NCBI RefSeq assembly: GCF_004010195.1
Contig: NC_057720.1
Location: 4,052,939 to 4,093,518, forward strand
Length of the DNA: 40,580 bases
Reading direction: 5' to 3'
From: Chiloscyllium plagiosum
Taxonomy: Eukaryota
In this document: piece after piece, positions 23,990-34,849 of the stretch
How positions within the stretch are numbered: the first letter of the stretch is position 1
Layout of the letters: every line of letters starts with the position of its first letter
Notes under the pieces: generated by a model
What the model was told of the DNA's origin: nothing
What the model saw: only the letters and a program-made list of their open reading frames with translations
Databases searched by the model: none
Program-made: the position numbers and the translations under genes

Positions 23990-24243
23990 CCCCCGACAGT
24001 GCAGCACTCCCTCAGTACTGACCCTTTGACAGTGCGGCACTCCCTCAGCACTGACCCTCCAGCAGTGCGGCACTCCCTCAGTACTGACCCACTGATAATG
24101 TAGCACTCTTTCACTACTGACCCTCCGACAGTGCGGCTCTCTCTCAGCACTGACCCTCTGACAGTGCGACACTCTCTCAGCACTGACCCTCCGACAGTGC
24201 GGCACTCTCTCAGCACTGACCCTCTGACAGTGCGGCACTCCCT
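23990..24243. repeat. 33-bp minisatellite, ~7.5 units
   Basis: Unit CTGACCCTCYGACAGTGCGGCACTCYCTCAGYA; 11-aa periodic ORFs. Confidence 0.95.
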
Positions 24244-25149
24244 CATTTTACTTCTTTGACAGTGAAAAGGTTTCCCCTGGATCCTAATGTAATGAATGAG
24301 GCTAATACAGGGTGTGCACACCTTGCTACCAATGGGACCAGTGGTGTTTGAACAGGAGGATTGGTAACATGCTCAGGGTTTCACTATTCCCATGTTTTGC
24401 CCTCGGCTTCCCCCTCTGCCTGTTTTTGATGATGGAATTCGTGGGCACCTTTGAGAATGCCTGTTCTCCACCGTGGTTCCCGCAAGTAAGAAATTTCCCC
24501 AGCTCTCTGGGCTGGTGCGTTTTCTCATGGAGGTTTTGAGAATGTTCTTGAATGGGTCCTGCTGGTAACCCTGTGTCCATGATGGAACATGGAGTAGAAT
24601 GCTTGTTTTGGAGTCTTCCATCAGGATTGGATGGAGCTGGTTGGCCCTGGCCAGTGCCTCAATACAGGGGACATGGGCCTGAGAGAGGACTGCCAATGGG
24701 TTGGCAGGATTTTGCAGTGGGATCACTAGTGTGCTCTCTGTGGAGGTTTTAGGTGTCTGCTGTACAATGTCCACGTCTCCAGCACACATAGGAAGCTGGT
24801 AAGACCGCTGCCCTGTGGCCCATATGCTTGATGTCAAGGTTGAGGTCTTTGTCAGCAAACACTGTTCCTGTATTGGCCAAGGCATGTGCAGGGATGTGGT
24901 GTGAAACTACATCATTGATGTCTCCTAGGGGGAAGCTCCCAAGGCTTGGGAATTGATAGGTGATCACAGTGGATCACTGTGGATCATGATAATCAAAGGA
25001 ATGTGTTGTGTGGGCAGAGCAGACTGGCAAGAACTTGTCTTCTGGATGTTTAGCCTCATGATGGTTTGGAGCTGAACCCCTCAGTGTGTGCACTAATCCC
25101 TTTCTGTGTTCACTTTCGAAGATCGTGGAAGTGGGGTTGCAGTGGTCTT

Positions 25150-25287
25150 GGAGATAATCTTCATGGAGATGGGGTGGAGAGCTGGTGAGGAAGATGGAGA
25201 TAATCTTCATAGAGGTGGGGTGGAGAGCTGGTGAGGAAGATGGAGATAATCTTCATGGAGATGGGGTGGAGAGCTGGTGAGGAAGAT
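25150..25287. repeat. 46-bp tandem repeat x3 inside the RTE relic
   Basis: GGAGATAATCTTCATGGAGATGGGGTGGAGAGCTGGTGAGGAAGAT at 25150, 25196, 25242. Confidence 0.95.
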
Positions 25288-25587
25288 GAAGTGCGATGAT
25301 ACAGCCAATAATTCTGAAGAAGGGTCCCTGGACCTGAAATGTTAACTCACTTTCTCTGTCCTCGGACGCTGCTTGAGCTGTTGAGCTTCCCCAGCGTTCT
25401 CCATGTTCGTTTCTTCCTTGAATTGATCCCAGTTTGTCCATGGACTGGAATCTTTGGTGGTTGTGTTGGTGAGGATCAGGACTTGCATGTTGATGGAGAA
25501 AGTGAGGTCTGCAGATGCTGGAGATCAAAGTTGAAACTTTATTGCTGGAACAGCACAGCAGGTCAGGCAGCATCCAGGGAACAGGAG

Positions 25588-25623
25588 ATTCGACGTTTCG
25601 GGCACAGGCCCTTCTTCAGGAAT
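25588..25623 (-). ncRNA. Minimal type I hammerhead ribozyme motif (GUC site)
   Basis: Minus strand AUUC-CUGAAGA-A-GGGC(CUGU)GCCC-GAAA-CG-UC-GAAU. Confidence 0.72.
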
Positions 25624-25640
25624 GAGCAGAGAGTGTACAG

Positions 25641-25940
25641 AATCCCCAAGTGGAAAATGAAGTGTTGTTCTTTGAACTTGCGTTAAGGAACACTGCAACA
25701 GATCTGGGACAGAAATGTTGGTGTAGGAACACAGTGGTGTGTTGAAGTGGAGGCAGTGGGAAACTCTGGGTCATGTTTTACAGACAGAGTGTAGGTGTTC
25801 AGCAAAGCGGTCATCAAATCTGTGTTTCATCTCCCCCGATATACAGGAGACCACATTCTGAGCAGTGAATGAAATAAATGAGTTGAGAGAAGTGCAGGTA
25901 AGCTGCTGCTTCACCTGGAAGGTGTGCCTGAGGCCTTGGA
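25641..25940 (-). pseudogene. PLE GIY-YIG endonuclease relic (frameshifted)
   Basis: HTFQVKQQLTCTS / IYFIHCSECGLLYIG / EMKHRFDDRFAEHL / HFN across frameshifts. Confidence 0.8.
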
Positions 25941-26092
25941 TACTGAGGTTGGAGGAAGTAAATCGGCAAGTAAGTCACCTTGTGCAAGACCAACCCCTTC
26001 CCACAAACGTCACTTCAATATATTACCACCTTTCCTGAGCTGTTAACAGTTCTGATGAAGAATCGCCAGACTCGAAATATTATCTTGCTTTC

Positions 26093-27780
26093 AAAGAACA
26101 CAGAACATTACAGCACAGTCCAGGCTCTCTGACCCTCAATGTTGTGCTGACCTGTGAAACCAGCCTGAAGCTGAACTAACCTGCATTGTTGCATTATCAT
26201 CCATATGTTTATCCAATGGCCATTTAAAAAGACATTAAAGTCGGTGAGTCTACTACAGTTGCAGGCAGGGAGTTTCACGCCATTACTACTCTCTGAGTAA
26301 AGAAACTACCCCTCTGACATCTGTCCTATATCTATCACCGCTCAATTTAAAGCTATGTCCTCTCATGCTAGCCATCACTATCCGAGGAAAACGTCTCTCT
26401 CTGCTAACACTATCTAATCCTCTGATCATCTTTCACATCTCTATTAAGTCACCTCTCAACCTCTTCCTTCTAACGAAAACAGCCTCAGGTCACTCAGTCT
26501 TTCCTCAGAAGACCTTCCTTCCATACCAGACAATATCCTCATAAATCTCCTCTGCATCTTTTCCAAAACTTACACATCCTTCCTATAATGTGGTAACCAG
26601 AACTGTACGCAATACTCCAAGTGCGGCCACACCATAGTTTCCTACAGCTGCAACATAACCCCATGGTTCATATGCCTTCTTAACAATCCTATTAACCTGG
26701 GTGGCAACTTTCAGGGATCTATGTACATGGACACGGAGATCTTTCTGCTCATCCACACTGCAAGAACCTTACCATTACCCCAGTACTCTGTATTACTGTT
26801 ACTTCTTCCAAAATGAATCACCTCACACTTTTCTGCATTAAACTCCATTTGCCACCTTTCAGCCCAACTCTGCAGCTTATCTATGTCCCTCTGTAAGCAG
26901 CAATATCCTTCAGCACTGTCCACAGCTCGACCGACCTTAGAGTCATTTGTAAATTTACTAACCCATCCTTCTACGCCATCATCCAGGTCATGTATAAAAA
27001 TGACAAACAGCAGTGGCCCCTAAACAGATCCTTATGGTATACCACTAATAACTGAACACCAGGATGAACATTTGCCACCACCACTCTCTGTCTTCTTTCA
27101 GCTAACCAATTTCTGATTCATACCACTAAATCACCCTCAATCCCATACCTCCATATTTACTGCAACAGCTTACCATGGGGAACCTTATCAAACGCTTTAC
27201 TGAAATCCATGTACACCACATCAACCACTATACCCTCATTCATCTTCTCAACCATCTCAATAAGCTTTGCGAGGCACGACCTGCCCTTCACAAAACTGTG
27301 TTGACTATCCCTAATCAAATTGTTCCTTTCTAGTTAATAATAAATCCTATATCTTATAATTCTTTCCAGCACTTTACCCACAACTGAAGTAAGGCTCACT
27401 GCTCTATAATTACCAAAGTTGTCTCTACTCCCCTTCTTGAACAAGGGGACAACATTTGCTATCTTCCAGTCTTCTGGCACAATTTCTGTCGACAATGACG
27501 ACATAAAGATCAAAGCCAAATGTTCTGCAATCTCCTTCCTGGCTTCCCAGAGAATCTGAGGATAAATCACATCCGGCCCAGGGGACTTATCTATTTTCAC
27601 ACTTTCCAGAATTGCTAACACCTCCTCCTTACGAACCTCAGTCCCATCTCATCTAATAGCCTGTACCTCAGTGTTCTCCTCAACAACATTGTCTCTTTCC
27701 AGTGTAAATACTAATGAAAAATATTCATTTAGCACCTCTCCTATCTCCTCGGACTCCAAGCACAAATTCCCACTCCTGTC
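26093..27780 (-). mobile_element. 5'-truncated CR1 LINE nested in a family-3 PLE end
   Basis: KSPGPD, PLFKKGSRDN, LQRDIDKLQSWAERWQMEFN; CTTTC at 26088-26092 and 27781-27785, with PLE sequence on both sides. Confidence 0.92.
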
Positions 27781-28328
27781 CTTTCTTCTCACAGATGCTA
27801 CCATATCAGCAGAGTCTCTGCAGAAATTTCTGTTTTGTTTCCAATCTCCAGCATTCGCTGTTGTGTTTTAATTCCCAAATGAGCCTGACTTTACAAGCAA
27901 ATGTGACTGACTGAGTTCCAGCTGACAAAGAGGGAAGGAGCAGAAAAGCTGGGTGACTGGTTGGCCAATAAAATCTGAGTGCTTTGCTGAAGCATGCAAA
28001 TATTTTTCAAAGCACAACATCTGTCAGACAAATAAGTCATTTGTTTAATCTCCGCAAAGAACTATTCAATGCTGATGGCTTGTGAAGGCTTATGATGCTG
28101 GGAGCTTAGCTTCAGTAATGTGTGTAAGATCCTTTCATTGTTCTAAATACCTACAGTGTGGCTGTTAGAAGATGCAGCTTGTGGGCTGTTACATCCACAT
28201 TTCTGTCAAGTCCTAATGATATGTTAAAAGCCAAAAGAACTGCGGCTGCTGTAAATCAGAAACAAAAACAGAAATTGTTGGAGAGACTCTGCTGGTATGG
28301 TAGCACTCCTGCTGAACACTCTCTGCTC

Positions 28329-28364
28329 ATTCCTGAAGAAGGGCCTGTGCCCGAAACGTTGAAT
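28329..28364 (+). ncRNA. Minimal type I hammerhead ribozyme motif (GUU site)
   Basis: AUUC-CUGAAGA-A-GGGC(CUGU)GCCC-GAAA-CG-UU-GAAU. Confidence 0.7.
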
Positions 28365-29161
28365 CTCCTGTTCCCTGGATGCTGCCTGACCTGCTGTGCT
28401 GTTCCAGCAATAAAGTTTCAACTTGCATGTTGATGACTTGGTGCAGGCAGCTATACCTGAGGAGGATGTTCCAACGTCCGTCGTCTGACAGGCCTTTGTG
28501 TGGTCACAGAAGGCTGGGTGTACAGGTTGCTGCTGCTGAACTTTCCTTGTTCTTGCCTTCTGGTGAAGATCCCATCCACCTGGCCTCTTGATGGACAGAA
28601 TTTACATTGTGATTCCAGAAGGAGCTCTCAGTCCCTGAGCGCAGTATTTTTCCAGTGACCTTGCCTGTGGCAAACGGCAATGAGACTGCTGGGAAGTCAC
28701 TGCTCACATTATAGTCTCCTTTCCTGAAGAAAGTGACCATAATGGCATCACGGTCTCTGACTCCTCTCGTCCCCAGTGGATACAAGTCCAGCCTGTCCTA
28801 ACTTTTATTTGGGGCAACTAGCTTATGCCAGGTTTCAATCAATCCAGTAAACCTCCTCTGTATATCCTGCAGCACATTGACCTCCTTCCTTGCATATGAA
28901 ATCCGGAACAGTACATAATATCCACCATGGTCTCTGGACAGTGCCCCGTATAACTGAAGCCTATGCTCCTTATTTTTGTATTCAATTGTTCTCATAATAA
29001 ATGAGAAAATTCTGTCAGCTTTCCTTTCTACAGTATTGCAAGAATGAAAAGAATGTTTTGGGGGATTTTTGTATAGGTGGGAATGTTGCTCAGGATAATG
29101 AAAAAATGCAACCAACTTTAGTAATATGCTGTGGGATTCTCCTGAATGGGACTTCTACATT

Positions 29162-29249
29162 ATATCTATTGATTCTATATTGATATCTATCGATTCTATA
29201 TTGATATCTATCGATTCTATATTGATATCTATTGATTCTATATTAATAT
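29162..29249. repeat. 21-bp tandem repeat x4
   Basis: (ATATCTATYGATTCTATATTG)4. Confidence 0.95.
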
Positions 29250-29809
29250 TTAATGAACATAACCCTTGCTTTGCACAGCACCATGTTGTGCCTGAAATCA
29301 TGTATTCATGGCTTGAATCCAATACCTTCTGGCTCCTGCTGCCAAATGAAGTGAAAATATCGAAACAAGCACCAGGTAACCCCAGAGACTGAGAACTTCC
29401 TCCTTGAACTAAAACCAAAGCAGTTACAATCCTCCACCCACCCTCAGCTGCCTGGATCAACTTGTTCTCTCACTCAATTATACATCCTGGAAAACCAACT
29501 CTTCCAAACACAAGCTATTGTGAGGCAGGTCTCTGCAAGGGGTGCATGGATCATTTATTTTTCCTGCTCAACAACCTGACACGTGTATATTTCTCATTTC
29601 TTTTCCTGATACCTTGATGGCTGTTCCTTGCTCTGAAAACCAAGAACATTTCACTGTCTTTGATTCTGATTTTTATCCCTTTCCCAACTTTGCATATTCC
29701 ATTGTCAGATCTTCTCTTCCCTTTCCCAACTTCTGTCCTCATTTCTGAGGGTTGCTTATAGCAAGCATTCTCTCTGAGACCATGGGCTCACCCAATTACA
29801 GGGCTTTAA

Positions 29810-31172
29810 ACAAAATAGGTGTGGGGGGGGGGGGGGGGAAGGTGTGTGGAGGATGGTTTAGTTATAAGGGAAGTTGGAAAATCTGAATTAAAGGATGAGG
29901 TACGAGTGCAGAACTCAGGACAGGTTATTAAAGTCTCCAGCACAGATACAAATAGGACAGAGTGGTTGGAAGGGTTCACAATCTAACTTCAATCTCACTG
30001 GACAAACAAATGACAGTCAGGAGATTAATACAGGACTGAAGGTGTTATATCTGTAGGCTTGCAGTGTAAGGAATGAGGAAAATGAGCTTGTAGTGCAGAT
30101 CAAAATCGGTAGGTATGACATGGTGGGCATCACAGAGACGTGGCTGCAAGGGAATCAGGATTTGGAGCTCAATATTCAAGGATATACATCCCATTGAAAA
30201 GATAGGCAGGCAGGCAGGCAAAGGGGGTGGGATGGCCTTATTAGTAAGAAATGAAGCAGGGTCAGATGGTATCAAATCTGTATGAGTAAAATTGTGTGAG
30301 GAACTGCAAAGGTAAAAAAAAACTGTAGTTGCAGTTATGTACAGGCCTCCAAATAGTGCTCAGGAGCTGGGGTGCAAGTTACACCAGGAGATAGAAAAGA
30401 TGTGTAAGAAAGGCAGTTACGGTGATCATGGGGATTTCAATAAGTGGACTAGGAAAATCAGGTTGGTAGTGGATTGCAAGAAAATACATTTGCAGAATGT
30501 CTACAAGATGGCTTTTCAGAGCAGCTTGTGGTGGAGCCCACTAGGGAACAGGCAATACTGGATTTAGTGTTATGCAATGAAGCAGACTTGATAAGGGAGC
30601 TTAAGGTGAAGGAACATTTAGGAGGCAGTGATCATAATATGATTGAATTTACTCTGCAATTTGAGAGGGAGAACATAGAATCAGAGGTAACAGTATTACA
30701 GCTGAATAAAAGGCAACCACAGAGGCATGAGGGAGGAGCTGGGTAGATTGACTGGGAGAGGAGCCCAGCAGGAAAGACAGTGGAACAGCAATGGCAGGAG
30801 TTTCTGGGAATAATTCAGGATTCATCCCGAGGAAAAAGAAGCATGGTACAGGGAGGATGAGGCAACCCTGGCTGACCAGGGAAGTCAGGGATAACATAAA
30901 AGCAAAAGAGAAAGCATGTAATGTAGCGAAGGGCAGTGGGAAACCAGAGGATTGGGAAGCTTACAAAGACTAACAGAGGGCAACAACAAAAGAAATAATG
31001 AGGATAAGCTAGCCAGTAATATAAAGAAAGACTGTAAGAGTTTCTTCAGACATATAAAGGGCAAAAGAGAGGCAAAAATAAAGATTGGGCTGCTGGAAAA
31101 TGACGCTGGAGAGATAGTAGTGGGGAACAAGGAAATGGCTGAGACACTAAATAATTAAGTCATGTCAGTCTT
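29810..31172 (+). mobile_element. CR1 LINE ORF2 5' part (APE endonuclease), decayed
   Basis: YDMVGITETWLQG, YRPPNS, GDFN, EPTREQAILDLVL, LGGSDHNMIEF, QPWLTREV. Confidence 0.9.
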
Positions 31173-31780
31173 CACCTCCCAACTCCCCAAAACATGCCGA
31201 CGATCTACAAGACACAAGTCAGGAGTGTGATGGAATACTCCCCACTTGCTGGATGGGTGTATCTCCAATAACACTCAAGAAGCTCGACACCATCCAGGAC
31301 ATAATTGGCACCACCGAGTTCCTTGCAATAGGATTCCTAGCCTTTGACCTGCTCTTATAGCCACAGTACTTATATGACTAGTTAGGTTAGTTTCTGGTCA
31401 GTGGTAACTCCCAGAATGTTGATAGTGAGGGATTTAATGATGGTGATATGATGGAATGTCGAGAGGTGATGTTGTTGGAGATGATCATTGCCTGGCATAA
31501 ATACTAAATGCCACTTATCAGCCCAAGCCTGGATATTGTCCAGATCTTGCTGCCTTTGAACATGGACTGCTTCAGTATCTGAGGAGTCATGAATGGTGCT
31601 GAACATTGTGTAATCATCAGTGAATATCCCCACTTCTGACTTATGATGGAGGGAAGGTCATTGATGAAGCAACTGAAGATGGTTAGGACTAGGACACTAC
31701 CCTGAGGAACTCCTGCAGAGCTGTCCTGGAGCAGAGATGACTGACCTCCAACAACTACAACCATCTCCCTATGTACCTGG
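31173..31780 (-). mobile_element. Fragment of a second CR1-group LINE lineage; 31173-31316 lies inverted (plus strand)
   Basis: AGVPQGSVL..IFSCFINDLPS, FTDD, QQDLDNIQAWADKW, ILGVTTDQKL on minus; IYKTQVRSVMEYSPL on plus. Confidence 0.8.
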
Positions 31781-31789
31781 AATGACATC

Positions 31790-32890
31790 CATAACTCAAA
31801 GGCATTTGCAGCACAGAAGGAGTCCATTTGACCCATTGCATCAGTGTCAGTCAACAGTCTGACTGCACTAATCCCACTTTTCATCTTTTGGCCCATAGCC
31901 CTGGAGGCTATAGCAATGCAAATGGATATCTAAACACTACTCCAATGTTTCAAGAGTTTCTGACTCAACCATCCTTTCAGGCAGTGAGTTCCAGACTCTG
32001 ACTACCTGAGTGAAAATATTTCTTCTCAATTCCCCTCTTAGCCTTGTACCTCTTACCTTAAATCTATGGTCCCTGGTTATTGATCCCTCTACTAATGGAA
32101 AAAGATGCTTCTCTCTCCATCCTATCTATGCTCCTCATCATCTGATGCAGCTCTAACAAGTCCCCTGCTCTAGGGTAAACAAACCCAGTCTCTCCAATCT
32201 TCCCTCATAACTCTGACTCTCCAGCCCTAGCAGCATCCTGGTAAATCTCCTCTGAATCATCTACAATGCAATCACATCTTGCTGTGATATTGATGACCAG
32301 AACTGCTTGCAGTATTCCAGTTATGGTCTAACCAGTGTTTTATACAGTTCCAGCAGAAACTCCCTGCTCTTGTATCCTATGACTCTGCAAGTATCTGATA
32401 TTCCTTTTAACCCCTTATCTACCTGCCCTGCTACCTGCAGGAATCTGTCGATATGTCTCCCTGATCTTCCATACATCCCAGGGTCCTTCCATGCACAGTG
32501 CGATCCCTTGTTAGCCCTTCCCAAGTGCACTATCTCGCACTTTTCTGTCTTAAGTTTGATTTGTCTCTACTCTGCCTATCTGACCAATCTGTTGATATCC
32601 TCCTGTAATTACAGCTATTCTCCTCACTATTTACCATCCAACTAAATTTCATCTCATCCACAAACCTTTTGATCGTATCCTGTATGTTTACGCCCAAATC
32701 ATTAATGTGCACCATACAGTAAGGGTCTCAGCCCTGAGCCTTGCTGGATCCCATTGGAAACAGGTTTCCAGTCATAGAAACATTCCTGTACTATCACCCT
32801 CTGCTTCCTGTCTCTCAACCAGTTTAGGATTCATTGTGTCACTTTGTCTTGGATTTCACAGCTCTTTACTTTCTTGACCAGTCCTGCCAT
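31790..32890 (-). mobile_element. Decayed CR1 LINE fragment
   Basis: INDLGV..FVDE, MHLGRANK, LELYKTLVRP. Confidence 0.8.
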
Positions 32891-33146
32891 GACATCTAAT
32901 CTGGGAAGTATTGTGATGAGGATGAATCGGCAAGCTCTTTTATTCCTTCTGTCGCTACAAAATATTTTCAGGTCAATCCATACCTTCTGGGATCAGGGAT
33001 GAATTCCTTCCACTGTGGTTTACTGGGTTCTGGGATAGCTGATAAGCCCAATGCATGATTGCTATTTCTTTGCAGTACAGAATGTGTGCAGTCATGGTCA
33101 ACACCAAACCCAAACCAGTTCATTATGTTATAGGTGTATATAAAAA

Positions 33147-33452
33147 GTCATTCACAGGATGAAGGCATCACTAGCTAGGCCAACATTTATTGCCCATCCT
33201 TGATTACCCAGAGGACCATTGAGAGTCAACCACATTGCTGTGGGTCTGGAGTCACATGTAGGCCAGATCAGGTAAGGACATTAGTGAACCAGCTGGGTTT
33301 TTCCAGACAATTGGAAATGGTCATCATTGGATTGTTCATTCCAGATTGGTTCCACTATATGGCATGATGGGAATCAAACTCCCAAGCCAGAACATTACAT
33401 GGGTCTTTAGATTAATAGCCTTGTGATAATACCACTGGGCCATCACCTCCTC
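33147..33452 (-). mobile_element. Second SINE family copy
   Basis: GAGTCAACCACATTGCTGTGGGTCTGGAGTCACATGTAGGCCAGA core. Confidence 0.8.
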
Positions 33453-33744
33453 ATAAATACCAACGGCCACAGGAGGGTGCTAACATGCTCCTCTCTCCTT
33501 CATCAATATGTTACATAACGTTCAAAATTTCATGCAGTTTGTATACATCTCTTGTTTTCCAATTATTTACAAATCAAACTTAACCACTGCTTCCCATTCC
33601 TAAGATGATAATGTAGTCTTGAGCTGAACTTTTAGAATTTAGGAAAGGACCTTGACCCATCAGGGCCTGAGAGTGAGGAGATATTTTCTCTCCTGAGAGT
33701 TTACACTTGACCTTCTATTAATTGTTCCCCATCATCTGACACAT

Positions 33745-34360
33745 CTGGTCTTTATATCTAGAGGACTGGAGGAATAAGGATGCAAAAGTTGTGCTTCAGT
33801 GATACAAAACCCTGGTTAGATTCCACGTGGAGCACTGTGAGCAGATCTGGGCACCACACCTTAGGAAGGACAGATTGGTCTTGGAAGGTGTACAACGTAG
33901 GCTTACAAGAATGATTCCTGCACTTCAGGGGTTAAGTTATGAGGAGGGATTATCCAAATTAGGCCTGTTTTCTATAGAATTTAGAAATTTAAGGGATGTT
34001 TTGACCGAAGTCTTCAAAATATTAACTGAAAAGACAGGGTAGATAAAGGTAAACTATTCCCATTGGTTGGGGATTCCAGAACTAGGGGCATTGTCTGAGA
34101 ATTGGGGCCAGACTGTTCAGGAGAGACATTTGGAATCACGCCTACTCACAAAGGGTGGGAGATTCTCGAACTCCCTTCTACAAACAGATGTTGGATCATT
34201 TGTTAATTTTTAAAACTGAGAAAGATATTTTTGTTAAACAAAAGCATTAAAGGATATGGGCCAAAGCCAGGCATGCGAAGTTAGGCCACAGATCAGCCAT
34301 GATCTCATTGAATGGAGGGACAGGCTTGAGGGGATGAATGGCCTCCTACTGTTCCTGTAT
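33745..34360 (+). mobile_element. CR1 LINE 3' fragment
   Basis: EHCEQIWAPHLRKD..LEGVQRRLTRMIP. Confidence 0.85.
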
Positions 34361-34406
34361 TCCAATGATCTGACTCTGACTGAGACCTGAACAGATTTCC
34401 GACACA

Positions 34407-34720
34407 AGGGTAGCACGATGGCTCAGTGGCTCAGTGGTTAGCACTGCTGCCTCACAGTGCCAGGGACATAGGTTTGATTCCAGCCTCGGGCGGCTGAGTG
34501 TGTGGAGTTTGTACATTCTCCCCGTGTCTGCATGGGCTTCCTCCCACAATCCAAACATGTGCAGGTCAGGCGAATTGGCCATGCTAAATTGCCCATAGTG
34601 TAGGTTATTAGTCAGAGGTAAATGTAGCAGAATGGGTCTGGGTGGGTTACTCTTCGGAGAGTCTGTGTGGACTTGTTGGGCCGAAAGACCTGTTTCCATG
34701 CAGGAGGGATTCTAATTCTA
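34407..34720 (+). mobile_element. HE1-like V-SINE
   Basis: Head with duplicated GGCTCAGT, V-core, tail. Confidence 0.87.
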
Positions 34721-34849
34721 ACAACTTGTATTCTGGCTGCTATTGGTATTTTACTCACATCTCAGCTATCCAGTTCTGTTGGCCTCTATCATGACCTTGT
34801 CTGCCTGGATTGTGTTTCTTCAGTTGAAGGTACATCTCGCACAATGAAA

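Larger units (their letters stand above)
25496..28420. mobile_element. Composite PLE-bounded insertion with inverted terminal arms and 15-bp TSD
   Basis: ACTTGCATGTTGATG at 25481-25495 and 28421-28435; arms 25528-25640 vs 28312-28424 inverted with 2 mismatches. Confidence 0.8.
24305..28790 (-). mobile_element. Decayed RTE-clade LINE split by nested insertions (RTE pieces ~28436-28790, 25420-25495, 24305-25308)
   Basis: RDAIMVTFFRKGD...VSLPFATGKV; NMQVLILTN..QTGI; GCIIA; FPSLGS; VFADKDL..RAAVLP; FKNILKTSM, in RTE RT order. Confidence 0.75.

Noticed and set aside
23954..24321. Cys/His-periodic ORFs; CRISPR-like periodicity
   Set aside because: Translation of a 33-bp minisatellite; no unique spacers; eukaryotic context.
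29126..29460. ORFs with ISIDSIL / INIESID repeats
   Set aside because: Translation of a 21-bp tandem repeat.
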